A DNA stretch of 64,000 nucleotides from a virus (lineage: Duplodnaviria > Caudoviricetes), in the IMG/VR virus record IMGVR_UViG_3300020037_003306, positions 1-64,000 of that record; one strand, given 5' to 3'. Positions 46,920 to 57,482 of this stretch are shown here, one piece after another. Each line of letters starts with the position of its first letter. Positions within the stretch are counted from its first letter, which is position 1. Below the pieces are notes generated by a model. It ran no database searches and was not told the origin of the DNA. It was given only the letters and a program-made list of their open reading frames with translations. The translations under genes and the position numbers were made by a program.

Positions 46920-49307
46920 ATGTCTAATATAGAACCTCAACATAAGCAAAGTAAAGCTGATAAGATTAAAAATAATTTTGCAGAAAATATTGCTATGTAC
47001 TATATTCAGCAAGCTAATATCTTAGGTGCTGATAGAAAAGAATTACAAATGCTTTATGATGCGGCTGATGGATTAGTTGATGAAGCTACTTATGCTTACG
47101 TTTTAAATCCGTATCATACTGAGAATGATAAACTTAAAAAGTTTCCTGCTCGTCTTAGAAATTATGATATTCTTTCGCCTGTACTAAAGTTGTGGATGGG
47201 TGAACAATTGCGTAAACCTAAAGGTGCAACTATTACTGCTTTTCCTGCTGACTCTGAGAATCGTAAAAAACAATTTATTGCTGAAAACGTTAACTCTGCT
47301 TTATTGCAAGACTTTATCAATAACCTTAATCAAATGGGTGTTGAAACTGAAATGGCAACAAAGCAAATTGAAGAATATCAAAAAACAGTTCAAAGAGTTG
47401 AAGCTAGTTTTAATGACATTATGTGTCAAAATGGACAAGAAGCTTTTGATTATCTTTATGCTTCGTTAAATATTGATGATAGAATCCAAGAGATGCTATT
47501 TGATTTTATTGTTGTAGGTAGATATTTTACTTTTAAAAGAGTTTATCTCGATGATGTTGATTATGAAGTTTGTGACCCTCGTGATATATATATTGTAGGT
47601 TGGGGAAAAAGTCCTTATGCTGAAGATGCTGATGCTGCAATTAGAGTAATGAATATGACTGCAAATAACGTTTTGGATAATTTCCAAGATGCAATTTTTG
47701 CACATGATAAAGCTGAAGAGATTGTTCAATGGCTTAGTGATATTAAATCAAACTCTTCTGTTGCTCAAGGTACTGGTAGCTTACTTTTAAATTCTGTAGG
47801 TAATGTTAATGGTTTCAATGTTGACCACGAAGGTAGTAGAAATGCAGAAATTACAAGAGGCTTCGACGCTTCTTTAGTTACTGTTTATCATATTACTTAC
47901 AAAACTTTTACTAAAGTTGGTATTCTTAAATACTATAATCAAATTGGTGAGATTGAAAAAAAAGAAGTTGATGAAGATTATAGACTTAATAAAACTGCTG
48001 GTGATATTTCTATTGAATGGATTTGGATTAATGAGGTTCATGAAGTTTATAGACTTGCTGATAAATACATTATTGGTGCTGGTCCTCTTCCTGTTCAACG
48101 TAATCGGATGAATAATCCTAGCGTTTGTAAACTTCCTTATAATGGTAGAATTATGGGTTATCGTAACGCTGTTGTTATGTCTCCTTATAAGTCTGGTCTT
48201 AATTATCAAGTTCTTTATAATATTTTCCATTATCGTTTTGAACTTCTTCTTGCTAAAAATAAGGATAAGATTCTAACAATGCCTTACGGTCTTATACCTG
48301 ATAGTGAAGATTTTGATACTGATAAATTTTTCTATTGGATGGCTGCTGACGGTATTCTTTTTTATGATGATGCAAAACCTAGAGCTGCTGCTATGATTAG
48401 TGGTATTAAATCTGTGGATATGTCATTGGGAAATTACATGGATAAGATGTGGCAGTTTATGACCCAAATAAAAGAGGAATATTGGGATAGTATTGGTATG
48501 AATCGTCAACGTTATGGCGATAGTTATGCTAGTGATGGTAAAGCTAATACACAACAAGCTATCTTTAGAAGTGGTACAATAACCGCTGATATGTTTCATC
48601 AACTTGATAAGGGTTTAGAAGCGGATTATAATGGTCTTATTGATTATACTAAAGTTGCTTGGTTGAAAGGTAAAAAAGGTATGTATCTTAATTCCGATAA
48701 GAAAAGAGCTTTTCTAAAGCTTACAGCTGAAGATATGCTTCGTTATATGGATACAGAATTTGGTGCATTTGCTAAGAACTCTACTGAGGAATTTGAGAAA
48801 ACAGAAGAAGCTAAAAAATTGCTTTTAACAATGGGGCAAAATGGTTTAGGAGCTGACCACATGATTAGTATTTTAGCTGCTAATAATATTAGTAAAATTG
48901 AAACACTTGCGAAAGAAGGTGTTGCTATTGAACGTGAATTTCAACAATCTCAAAATCAAGCTAATAACGAAGCTATGTTAAAGGCTGAGGAAATGCGTTC
49001 TACTAGAGAAGCTGATAAAAATCAAACTATTATTCAAGTTGCGAATATTAAAGCTGAATCTGATATTGAAGTAGCTTTGATTGGAGCTGATGCAAGTCTT
49101 GTTGATGTGTTAAATAATACTTCTGTTATGGAAGATTCTGTTGCAGCTAATGCTGGTAATAATGCAATGGTTCGAATTGATGAACGTCAAAATGCTAGTA
49201 AACAACAAAGTGAAGTTTTAAAACAAGTTGGCGAACAAGATAAACGTAACCTTTTTCGTGAGAAAATGGTTAATGATTTAAAAATTGCTAGAACAAATAA
49301 AAACTAA
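46920..49307 (+). CDS. Portal protein
   Basis: 795 aa; ARLRNYDILSP, EVHEVYR, KLPYNG and YWDSIGMNRQRYG; follows TerL. Confidence 0.9.
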   Translation: MSNIEPQHKQSKADKIKNNFAENIAMYYIQQANILGADRKELQMLYDAADGLVDEATYAYVLNPYHTENDKLKKFPARLRNYDILSPVLKLWMGEQLRKPKGATITAFPADSENRKKQFIAENVNSALLQDFINNLNQMGVETEMATKQIEEYQKTVQRVEASFNDIMCQNGQEAFDYLYASLNIDDRIQEMLFDFIVVGRYFTFKRVYLDDVDYEVCDPRDIYIVGWGKSPYAEDADAAIRVMNMTANNVLDNFQDAIFAHDKAEEIVQWLSDIKSNSSVAQGTGSLLLNSVGNVNGFNVDHEGSRNAEITRGFDASLVTVYHITYKTFTKVGILKYYNQIGEIEKKEVDEDYRLNKTAGDISIEWIWINEVHEVYRLADKYIIGAGPLPVQRNRMNNPSVCKLPYNGRIMGYRNAVVMSPYKSGLNYQVLYNIFHYRFELLLAKNKDKILTMPYGLIPDSEDFDTDKFFYWMAADGILFYDDAKPRAAAMISGIKSVDMSLGNYMDKMWQFMTQIKEEYWDSIGMNRQRYGDSYASDGKANTQQAIFRSGTITADMFHQLDKGLEADYNGLIDYTKVAWLKGKKGMYLNSDKKRAFLKLTAEDMLRYMDTEFGAFAKNSTEEFEKTEEAKKLLLTMGQNGLGADHMISILAANNISKIETLAKEGVAIEREFQQSQNQANNEAMLKAEEMRSTREADKNQTIIQVANIKAESDIEVALIGADASLVDVLNNTSVMEDSVAANAGNNAMVRIDERQNASKQQSEVLKQVGEQDKRNLFREKMVNDLKIARTNKN

Positions 49308-49343
49308 TTTAATTAAATTTTTCATTTTAATAAACCAAACATT

Positions 49344-50669
49344 ATGGTAGAGAAAAAAGGTGCAGCTGATGTCAAGATTGAGAGAGGCTCTGATATGGAC
49401 AATCTAGTATTCGATGATAATAGTGATACTGGAAGTATGAACAGTGGAACAGATGCTTCTAATTTAGAAGCTACTACTCAAATTCCTGAACAAGGAGTTG
49501 TGAAGAAAGAAGTTGCTAAAGTAGAACCAATTGCTGGTCAAGAACCAAAAGAAGAGAAAAAGGATAATCTTGAAACTCAAACAACAGAAGAACCAAAAGA
49601 AGATGATATTGTCGAAGTTAATGAAGCGGGCGACCTCGTTGATAGTACTGGTAAAGTACTCGCAGCAAAAGGTGAATTTACTGTCAATGAAGATGGAACA
49701 GTTGAACTTCTTCAAAAAGAAAGTGAAGGTATTAAAGCAGTACTCGAACAAGTTAAAAATGATTATGGTATTGAGTTGAAAGACGAACAAGGTAATCCTT
49801 TGAAATTTGAGAATACTGTTGAAGGTACTGCACAATTGATTGGTGTCGCTGCTGAGAAATTGCACGAAAAACATTTGAATGATTTATTTGAGGAATATCC
49901 TCAATTCAAACATTATTTGAATCATGTTGTTGCTGGAGGTAGCGATGAAGAGTTTTTCTCTGCTCCAACTAACTTTAGAAAAGTAAGTATCCCTGCGGAT
50001 ACTGAAACTAATAAAGAAGCGAATCGCAAACTTCGTGAGAATTTGATTATTCAAAAAGAATTTATTGCTAGAGGTGGTGCTAACTTGCAAGGTGAAGCCG
50101 CCGCTAAATTGCAACAAGAAGCTGCTGATTACGCTGCTTATATTCTTGACAAAGGTCAAGAAGGTGAGAAAGCGAAAGACGCTCTTGCTTGGTTACAATC
50201 ATTTGAGAAACAAGAACAAGATGCAAGAAATAAAGCCAATGAGGCTACTATTGCAGCTAATAAAGTTCAAGTTGAACAGTACTGGGAAAATGTGCGAAAT
50301 GCAGTTGTTACGGGCGAGTTGAAAGATGGAAAAGGTAATGCTACAATTGTTATCCCAAAAAATGAACGTGATGCTTTTTACAAATACCTTGCAGCTCCTG
50401 TTGGAAATACAGGTAAATCTCAAGCTCAAATTGATAGAGAAAAACAATCTCATTCAATGGGGCTTACACTTGAATATCTTCGCTATAAAGAATTTGACTT
50501 GAATAAATTTATTGAAGCTAAAGCTCAAACTAAACAGGCTGAGAAACTAGAAGTTATTGCTAATGCTGGTGCTAAAGCAAGTAAAAAAACAACTGGTATG
50601 CGTGTTAAAACTGGGACTACAAATTTTAGTAAACTTAATTTAGGCTTTCTTACTAGTCCTAAGAGTTAA
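49344..50669 (+). CDS. Putative capsid scaffolding protein
   Basis: Very acidic and helical; lies between portal and MCP as in crAss-like capsid modules. Confidence 0.65.
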   Translation: MVEKKGAADVKIERGSDMDNLVFDDNSDTGSMNSGTDASNLEATTQIPEQGVVKKEVAKVEPIAGQEPKEEKKDNLETQTTEEPKEDDIVEVNEAGDLVDSTGKVLAAKGEFTVNEDGTVELLQKESEGIKAVLEQVKNDYGIELKDEQGNPLKFENTVEGTAQLIGVAAEKLHEKHLNDLFEEYPQFKHYLNHVVAGGSDEEFFSAPTNFRKVSIPADTETNKEANRKLRENLIIQKEFIARGGANLQGEAAAKLQQEAADYAAYILDKGQEGEKAKDALAWLQSFEKQEQDARNKANEATIAANKVQVEQYWENVRNAVVTGELKDGKGNATIVIPKNERDAFYKYLAAPVGNTGKSQAQIDREKQSHSMGLTLEYLRYKEFDLNKFIEAKAQTKQAEKLEVIANAGAKASKKTTGMRVKTGTTNFSKLNLGFLTSPKS

Positions 50670-50707
50670 TAAAAATTTTTCTTAATCCTTACTAATTTAA
50701 AAAAAGT

Positions 50708-52183
50708 ATGTCCACTTATTTAGATGATGCTCGAATCGTTTATCATTCCAAATTTGACGGCAATGGTTTTACTAATGAAAACTCTCTTGCTAATCATTTG
50801 CTAACTCGTCCTGATGAAATTGACCCTGTTCTTACACATCTACTTGGACGTGAAGACCAACGGTTTCCTCTTTCTTTCCTTACTGAGGGTCAGTATGGTG
50901 GAAGTGTTGAGGTTTCTGATGTTGAATACTATTGGAATGTTATCAACAAATTGCGTAAAGTTGATTATGTTATTAGCAGCACTTACGGTGTTGGTGATAA
51001 ACCTGGTCTTAACTTTCAACCTTTCTATGTTACTATGAAAAGTAACTGGCTTAAAAAAGACCATCTTGTTGAAAGCGAAGGTGGTGCTAAAGCCCGTGTT
51101 GCTGAAGACCCTGTTAGTAACGGTTTGTATTGGGTTTATACTATGCAAACGATGAGTTCTGATGCTGGTTATTTTGTTGCTCTTTCTGAGGTTGCTGCTG
51201 GTGCCAAATGGGGCATGGTTGGTGGCGCTCCTGTAACTCAATCTCGTTCTAGTGGAAATAGCTCGAATGTAGTCACTCCTGGTAAAATCAAAAATCAACT
51301 ATCTCTGCTTCGTAAATCTTATGCTTTTGGTGGTAATATTGCGAACAGAACTGTTGAGTTTAAATTTAATTTGGGTAATGGTGCTTCTGATTCTCTTTGG
51401 ATGAATTGGGAACAATGGCAACATATGATTCAATGGAAAGAAGCTATTGAAGAACATTGTTGGTATTCTGAGTACAATCGTGATGACCAAGGAGTTGTGC
51501 ATCAAAAAGATTTTGTTAACGGTGAACCTATCTACACTGGTGCAGGTTTGCTTGACCAAATCAGTAACCGTGATACATTTGCCGAGCTTACTACTCGTAA
51601 ATTGAAAAACATTGTACGTGATGTTTTGTTCGGTTCTACTGACGGTAAACAACGTAATATTGTATTGTACACTGGTACTGGCGGTCGTGACGAATTTGAC
51701 CAAGCTATGAAAAAAGAAGCTACTGCTCTTAGCTTTAACCAAGTTGATGGCGATAAATTCATTCGTGGTACTGGTAGTAATTTGATTCTTGGAGGTTATT
51801 TTGCCACGTATGAACACGTGGACGGTCATACTATCACGATTAAACATCTTCCTTTGTTAGATGACGGTGGTCGTGCTTTAGTATCTCGTAAACACCCTAT
51901 CAGCCGTCTTCCTCTTACTTCTCATCATATGTATTTCGTTGACCAAAGTATCTACGATGGTAAACGTAATTTGACTATGGTGCATCAAAAAGGTCGTAGT
52001 ATGGTAACTGGTATTGTTCGTGGTATGACTCCATTGCCTTCTAGTATGTCTTGGGCTGGTAACAATACCAATATCAATTTGGCTACTGATATTGACATGG
52101 CTGAAACTCACTTTATGGCTAGTAAAGGTATTATGCTTAAACGTAATACTCATTGCTTCCGTCTTGAGTGTACTCTTGCCTAA
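50708..52183 (+). CDS. Major capsid protein (crAss type)
   Basis: 491 aa; RFPLSFLTEG, KIKNQLSLLRKS, GAGLLDQI, VLYTGTGG and GHTITIKHLPL; strong hairpin downstream. Confidence 0.92.
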   Translation: MSTYLDDARIVYHSKFDGNGFTNENSLANHLLTRPDEIDPVLTHLLGREDQRFPLSFLTEGQYGGSVEVSDVEYYWNVINKLRKVDYVISSTYGVGDKPGLNFQPFYVTMKSNWLKKDHLVESEGGAKARVAEDPVSNGLYWVYTMQTMSSDAGYFVALSEVAAGAKWGMVGGAPVTQSRSSGNSSNVVTPGKIKNQLSLLRKSYAFGGNIANRTVEFKFNLGNGASDSLWMNWEQWQHMIQWKEAIEEHCWYSEYNRDDQGVVHQKDFVNGEPIYTGAGLLDQISNRDTFAELTTRKLKNIVRDVLFGSTDGKQRNIVLYTGTGGRDEFDQAMKKEATALSFNQVDGDKFIRGTGSNLILGGYFATYEHVDGHTITIKHLPLLDDGGRALVSRKHPISRLPLTSHHMYFVDQSIYDGKRNLTMVHQKGRSMVTGIVRGMTPLPSSMSWAGNNTNINLATDIDMAETHFMASKGIMLKRNTHCFRLECTLA

Positions 52184-52213
52184 TTAACTATTCTTCTTTT
52201 TTATAAAATTACG

Positions 52214-52245
52214 ATAGGGCGTGCAAGTTCTCTTGCACGTCCTAT
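52214..52245 (+). terminator. Stem-loop after the major capsid gene
   Basis: ATAGGGCGTGCAAG-TTCT-CTTGCACGTCCTAT; G.U pair on the + strand. Confidence 0.75.
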
Positions 52246-52261
52246 TATAAAATTAATTACA

Positions 52262-53428
52262 ATGATTTTTGACAATAGAGTTTGTAAAGTGTTTGTTAAG
52301 AAGTCTGCAAATAGAACTGCAAGATTAGGTACAAATGCGACCATGGATATGGTTTATGGTATTAATAGAATTGGCGGAGCGTTACGGAATAACGATGTAC
52401 TTCGTGGTCTGAATTTTGAAGAAGAGAAAATTTTGCTTGCTGATATTATCGGTATTTCTCCTTCAAGTCCTGATTGGAAAGCTGCTACCCGTGAGTATTG
52501 GTTGAATATTACTGTTGAAGTTGATGTTCAAGATACCGAAAATCGTGGCGGTTTAACTTTGGAAACGGGATTCATGTATCCTGATGAAGCGTCTGCTAAA
52601 ATCGGTAGAGCTGAAGAACAAAAAGAACTTGGGTTGTTCAATAGAGCTCTTGATGCGAATAAAGAATACAATATGATTTTTGATAACCGTTTGAAATATG
52701 GTTTTCCTATCAATACTATTGATTTTATTCAATACCGTTTTATTCTTCAACATCCTATTGTTGCAAATCGTGTTGACGACTTGCATAAAAGCCCAAAGAT
52801 TGAATACTATATTCACTCTCAAGATGTTGAAAATAAAATCAAACATGAAAGTCTTTCTTACCGTAGAAAAGCGTACCAAATTTTCAATACGCTTACTGAC
52901 GATAAAGTTAAAACTCGTTATATGTTGCTTTTGCTTCAACGTGATATTGAAAACATTGGTCGTGCTGAGAAGTTTACTTTTGACCTTTCTAATGAAATGG
53001 GACAAGAACTTGCTTTAGAGAAACTTGCAACTAGTGTTCCAGGTCGTTTTATTGCCGTTTATGAAGATGAGAATCTTGTTGAAAAAGCATTTATCGAAGA
53101 GTGTATTAAACATAAATTTTTGAAACGTATTGCTAATACCGATACTATCAAATACGGTGAGAATACTCTATTAGGTTACAGTCTTGACGACGCTATTACT
53201 TATATTCGTGACCCGAGAAATAGTGTTCTCCGTCAAGAACTTGAAGCCAAGGTTACAAATTGGGAACCTCTTCAAAGAATTGTAGATGTTGAAAATGAAG
53301 ACGAAGAAATTGAATTGCCTGTGACAAAAGTTACTGAAACTGAAACGCTTGAAACTGGTTCAAGTGTGGAAGGTACTAAAACCACTTTGACTTCTCCTAA
53401 TAAAGAGAAAGTTGTTACTAAAAAATAA
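52262..53428 (+). CDS. Conserved crAss-like capsid-module protein downstream of MCP
   Basis: WKAATREYWLNITV..LETGF, FPINTIDFIQYRFILQHPIVA; conserved synteny. Confidence 0.7.
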   Translation: MIFDNRVCKVFVKKSANRTARLGTNATMDMVYGINRIGGALRNNDVLRGLNFEEEKILLADIIGISPSSPDWKAATREYWLNITVEVDVQDTENRGGLTLETGFMYPDEASAKIGRAEEQKELGLFNRALDANKEYNMIFDNRLKYGFPINTIDFIQYRFILQHPIVANRVDDLHKSPKIEYYIHSQDVENKIKHESLSYRRKAYQIFNTLTDDKVKTRYMLLLLQRDIENIGRAEKFTFDLSNEMGQELALEKLATSVPGRFIAVYEDENLVEKAFIEECIKHKFLKRIANTDTIKYGENTLLGYSLDDAITYIRDPRNSVLRQELEAKVTNWEPLQRIVDVENEDEEIELPVTKVTETETLETGSSVEGTKTTLTSPNKEKVVTKK

Positions 53429-53440
53429 ATTTAAAGAAGT

Positions 53441-54523
53441 ATGCTAGTACAGGAAATGCACATTGATTTTGATGTTAAAGTACAGAAAGTCAATAGTAAT
53501 AATACTGACACCTTTCTTAAAGAAGAAAAAGATTGGCTTTTGAATTTAAGTCAATATCGACTACTTCGCAAGTTTGGTAGTAGAAAAACAAATCGTCGTA
53601 ATGAAGGGGGTGAAGATTCCTTTACACGTTATGCTGATTTTGAAAAACTTATTACTAGAGCGCAAATACCTATGTATATTAATACAGGTGCAGATTATGT
53701 TACTGGCGTACTTCCTTATAATTTTTTTGATTTTCGTGAAGCTAGAGCTAAAGTTTCGTATAATTGTAATGGTATTACGCCGAATATTAGTACAGTTAAC
53801 CGTAATCATTTTTATGTACCATTTGTCGATAGTGCTAATACTCCTACAAAATTTGTCGGTTATACGATAAAACTTGTGCGTAATTTTTTGACTTTACCTA
53901 CTTATGAAAATATTTTTGTACTTTCTGATTATCAATTAAATTTCAATATACCTATTTCTAGTAATGAACAAAAGTTTATGATTGTTAATCATGTACTGGA
54001 AATTGTTAATAGACGTAGTGATATTGAAGTTAGATGGGAAAATTATGGAAGTATATACAAACCAAATAACTTTATCTTTATTAGTAAAGACGCTACTGTC
54101 GAAGCAATTCGCATAACTTCTGATTCCGCTAATACAGACACTCCTCGAACTATTATCGCCAGTACTACTAATCTTGATGTTGTAAATACAATTCAAAAAA
54201 CAAGTGCTTGTCGTTTAACTGAAAATGAGGCTTTATTTGACCTATTGCAACATTCTTTTGGGCGTAGTATTTATACAAGCCCTATTATAACGTTGTCTAA
54301 TGGACAAATAAATGCTTACAATAGTGCTAAGTTTATAGTATCTAACTTGGAACTTGACTATATACGGAAACCTAGAAAGATTAATTTAAGTTTAAATCAA
54401 TCTTGTGAACTAGCTGAAAGTCGTCATGAACTTGTTGTAGATGGTGCTGTTCAGCTTGCCACTGCTTATACTAATACGGAAACGTATAAAAATATTATTA
54501 ACGAAAACATTTTAAACGAGTAA
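53441..54523 (+). CDS. Tail/neck ring protein
   Basis: EMHIDFDVKVQKVNS..EEKDWLLN and LDYIRKPRKI..CELAESRHELVVD resemble crAss ring proteins. Confidence 0.75.
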   Translation: MLVQEMHIDFDVKVQKVNSNNTDTFLKEEKDWLLNLSQYRLLRKFGSRKTNRRNEGGEDSFTRYADFEKLITRAQIPMYINTGADYVTGVLPYNFFDFREARAKVSYNCNGITPNISTVNRNHFYVPFVDSANTPTKFVGYTIKLVRNFLTLPTYENIFVLSDYQLNFNIPISSNEQKFMIVNHVLEIVNRRSDIEVRWENYGSIYKPNNFIFISKDATVEAIRITSDSANTDTPRTIIASTTNLDVVNTIQKTSACRLTENEALFDLLQHSFGRSIYTSPIITLSNGQINAYNSAKFIVSNLELDYIRKPRKINLSLNQSCELAESRHELVVDGAVQLATAYTNTETYKNIINENILNE

Positions 54524-54527
54524 AATT

Positions 54528-55505
54528 ATGAAAGAAATTGTAATTGCTAAAGCGGTAACTTATTCTGCTAAAGTTGGAGGTGGTACTATATCTGGTTACA
54601 ATGAAGTAAATTTGTTGCTTCCTGGTGCAGTTGCTATTTTCACTGAAGATGAAGTATTGATAACTACTGCTACTTTACCTGCGGCTATCGCAAATGTAAA
54701 ACAATTCTATATTGCTGTTGGGCAAACTGATAAAAACGGTTCTAACCGTTCTTATGTTTCTCAACTTGTAGATAGAAGTGCTTTTCATCGTAGCTTCTGT
54801 GCTTACGTCGCTCCTGTTAATCAAGCTATTTATGTTGGTTATAATGGTTCTGCTGGAACTTTGAATTTACCTGGTACTTTGATTCCTGGTACTATTGCAT
54901 CTATGTCTGTTGGCGTTGAAAAAGAAGGTGTTGAAACTCACGTTATGTGGAGTTCTTATCAACATATGGTTACATCTGTTGATACTGATACTACAATTGT
55001 AACAGACTTGGTTGCACAAATCAATGCTGATACACGTCCTTGGGCTAAATGGACTGCCGCTGTTATCGGCGCATCTCCTAATCTTGGTATCAGTATTACT
55101 TCTACTGAAAATGGTCAAACATTGCTTTCTTCTGTTGATGAATTATTGCAATACGCTACTAGAGGCGTTTTGACTCCTATTGTTTACGGAAAAGGTACAC
55201 CTGCGCAAATTGCCGCTGAAGAACTTGAAACTTCTTCTCAAGACGGTAATACTAACCGTGTATTGTATCCTGCTCAATTTTACAGCAAGCCTAGCCAAGT
55301 TGATACGGCTGCTCAATACGCTACTTACACTTTCGAGTGGGAGCAAGAGCGCAGACAAAATCACAATGCTAAAGCTGGATTTATTAAAAAGCTTACAGTC
55401 GCTGTTCCTGCTGGAACTCAACTTACCGCTTTGACTACAATCTTTACTACTATTCTATTGCAAGCTCCTAATCAGGGTAATGGTGGTAGTAGTTCTCTTG
55501 TTTAA
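54528..55505 (+). CDS. Putative auxiliary capsid (decoration) protein
   Basis: 325 aa, beta-rich and A/T/G-rich, followed by a terminator; inferred from synteny with crAss virion genes. Confidence 0.55.
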   Translation: MKEIVIAKAVTYSAKVGGGTISGYNEVNLLLPGAVAIFTEDEVLITTATLPAAIANVKQFYIAVGQTDKNGSNRSYVSQLVDRSAFHRSFCAYVAPVNQAIYVGYNGSAGTLNLPGTLIPGTIASMSVGVEKEGVETHVMWSSYQHMVTSVDTDTTIVTDLVAQINADTRPWAKWTAAVIGASPNLGISITSTENGQTLLSSVDELLQYATRGVLTPIVYGKGTPAQIAAEELETSSQDGNTNRVLYPAQFYSKPSQVDTAAQYATYTFEWEQERRQNHNAKAGFIKKLTVAVPAGTQLTALTTIFTTILLQAPNQGNGGSSSLV

Positions 55506-55539
55506 GCTGCTGCTAATTTTGTAAATATTTTTCTTGAAC

Positions 55540-55569
55540 AAGGTAAGGCTATTCGTAGCCTTACCTTTT
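55540..55569 (+). terminator. Intrinsic terminator with a UUCG loop
   Basis: AAGGTAAGGCTA-TTCG-TAGCCTTACCTT followed by TT. Confidence 0.8.
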
Positions 55570-55584
55570 AATGTAATTATAAAA

Positions 55585-57480
55585 ATGAAACTAAGATTCA
55601 ATATAAAACAACTAGCTTATAATTACATTGAAGATAATCTTTGTGATGGGACACTATCTAACAATTATACAAATCTTCGTGCTAGTATTTACGTTGACGA
55701 CCAATTAGTTGCAAGTTCAAATAATCTTGCTCTTGGTTTTTTATTTGGAGCATTACCTATTACGACTACTCTTAATGGAATTGTTATTAGTGCTATTGCA
55801 ATAGAAAATTCTATTTATTGTGCTTTTACAATTGACCTTCCTCTTATTCAAGATAAAGCTAAAGTACGTGTTGTATTTGAAAAAACTGGCTTTAATACTC
55901 TTGATAGAACTTTCTTTGTATACGGTTATGATTTAGGTATTAATCCTAATGTTGCTATTACATTAACTAATCCCAAAGTTGAATTTATTCTTTCTCCTAC
56001 TTTAAGAGGTGCTACTTTTGCTACTGGTACTAGAGTTACTGGTATTGGACAATCCTTCACTGTTACTGCCGATAATCTTGGTACAATTGGTAATGCTTTT
56101 GTTATTAACTTTAATGGAGTTGATGATACGCAAACATTGATTAATAATTGGAATGTTGCTAATCCAACAAATACGGTATCCGCTGTTGATACGGGCGGAG
56201 GATTAGCTTTTGTTATTGGAGCAGGTTCATTCACTATTGCAGGTGGAACTGATGAAGTTATTGACGACAAAACTTATGCAAGTTTTCACGGTTGGAGAAT
56301 ACCTTATCGTAATGACCTTTTTCTTTATCATAATAATTCCGCTTTATACACTCGAATTGAATATTCAAATGCTGATGAAATTGTTGCTAGATTTCTCGAT
56401 GCTATTTTATGCTGTAAAGGAGAAGATTTTAAACAGACAGCTGTTATATATGGACATAGCGATTGTGGTTGTGGTTCTACTCAACTGCTTGATACTTGTG
56501 AAACTGATTTTCAAAATTATCCAAGTAAAAGATTTATTCCTAATTTAGATTTTCATGTTTCTTGTGATGCAAATTGCTGTACAGATGACTGTGTAATTTT
56601 AGGACAAGATAATGTTATCAAACCTTTAGTTGATTTTAATGTAGTTGATTTAGCTAATATTGACGATGTGTTAGATGTTCCGTTTGAAGAAATGGAAATG
56701 ATTGCTGAAATATTTAATTGTGAAGGTACGTTAATTGATACTCAAGCAGTAACTATTCCTATTGCAATTCCTGTTGATGTAACTGCAATTGAATTATCTT
56801 TTACTCCTCCTGCTCAAGGGGATTACCTAGTAAAAGTAACTTATCTTGTTGAAGGAGCTTTTCAATGTACTTACACTAAAGTAGTTAAAGTTTGTAATCC
56901 TTATACAATTAAAAAGCTTGATTGTGGTAAGTATCAAGCTTGTATTTACAAGATTGCAGAAACTCCTACAAGTGAAGTACTATATATTCAAAAGCTGAAT
57001 GATGATAAAATATTCGTTCCTTTTGTTGATTATGAAATTGATTATTGTACTTGTAAAGAGATTGTACTAACTGAAGATGGTATTTATAATTTCCAATTTC
57101 AGAATGGCGAAGAGAATAGTAATATGATTGTGATTGTAGATTGTAATTGGAAAGCTTGTATGCTTGAATATATTAAGAAATTCGCCTGTACTAAAGTTGC
57201 TGCATGTTCTTGCGGAGGAAATTGTACGAATAATTGTACATCTGTTCCTCACGATATGTACGACTTTAATGCTTTTAGTGTACTTAGTTGGGCTTACGGT
57301 TCTCTTATTAATACTGAATATCTAAATAATTATATTTATGCAGTACTAGAGCCTAATAAACTTGATGAGCTTTTTGTACTTAGTACATTTTTAAATCGTG
57401 CAAAAGAGTATTGCGCTAAATGTGCAACTGCTACTACTGGTTCATCTTCATCATCAGGCTGCGGCTGTAAAAAAGTATAA
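55585..57480 (+). CDS. Cys-rich tail hub/structural protein (probable start 55585)
   Basis: Ig-like segments, many Cys clusters, C-terminal ...SSSGCGC as in crAss hub proteins. Confidence 0.6.
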   Translation: MKLRFNIKQLAYNYIEDNLCDGTLSNNYTNLRASIYVDDQLVASSNNLALGFLFGALPITTTLNGIVISAIAIENSIYCAFTIDLPLIQDKAKVRVVFEKTGFNTLDRTFFVYGYDLGINPNVAITLTNPKVEFILSPTLRGATFATGTRVTGIGQSFTVTADNLGTIGNAFVINFNGVDDTQTLINNWNVANPTNTVSAVDTGGGLAFVIGAGSFTIAGGTDEVIDDKTYASFHGWRIPYRNDLFLYHNNSALYTRIEYSNADEIVARFLDAILCCKGEDFKQTAVIYGHSDCGCGSTQLLDTCETDFQNYPSKRFIPNLDFHVSCDANCCTDDCVILGQDNVIKPLVDFNVVDLANIDDVLDVPFEEMEMIAEIFNCEGTLIDTQAVTIPIAIPVDVTAIELSFTPPAQGDYLVKVTYLVEGAFQCTYTKVVKVCNPYTIKKLDCGKYQACIYKIAETPTSEVLYIQKLNDDKIFVPFVDYEIDYCTCKEIVLTEDGIYNFQFQNGEENSNMIVIVDCNWKACMLEYIKKFACTKVAACSCGGNCTNNCTSVPHDMYDFNAFSVLSWAYGSLINTEYLNNYIYAVLEPNKLDELFVLSTFLNRAKEYCAKCATATTGSSSSSGCGCKKV

Positions 57481-57482
57481 TA

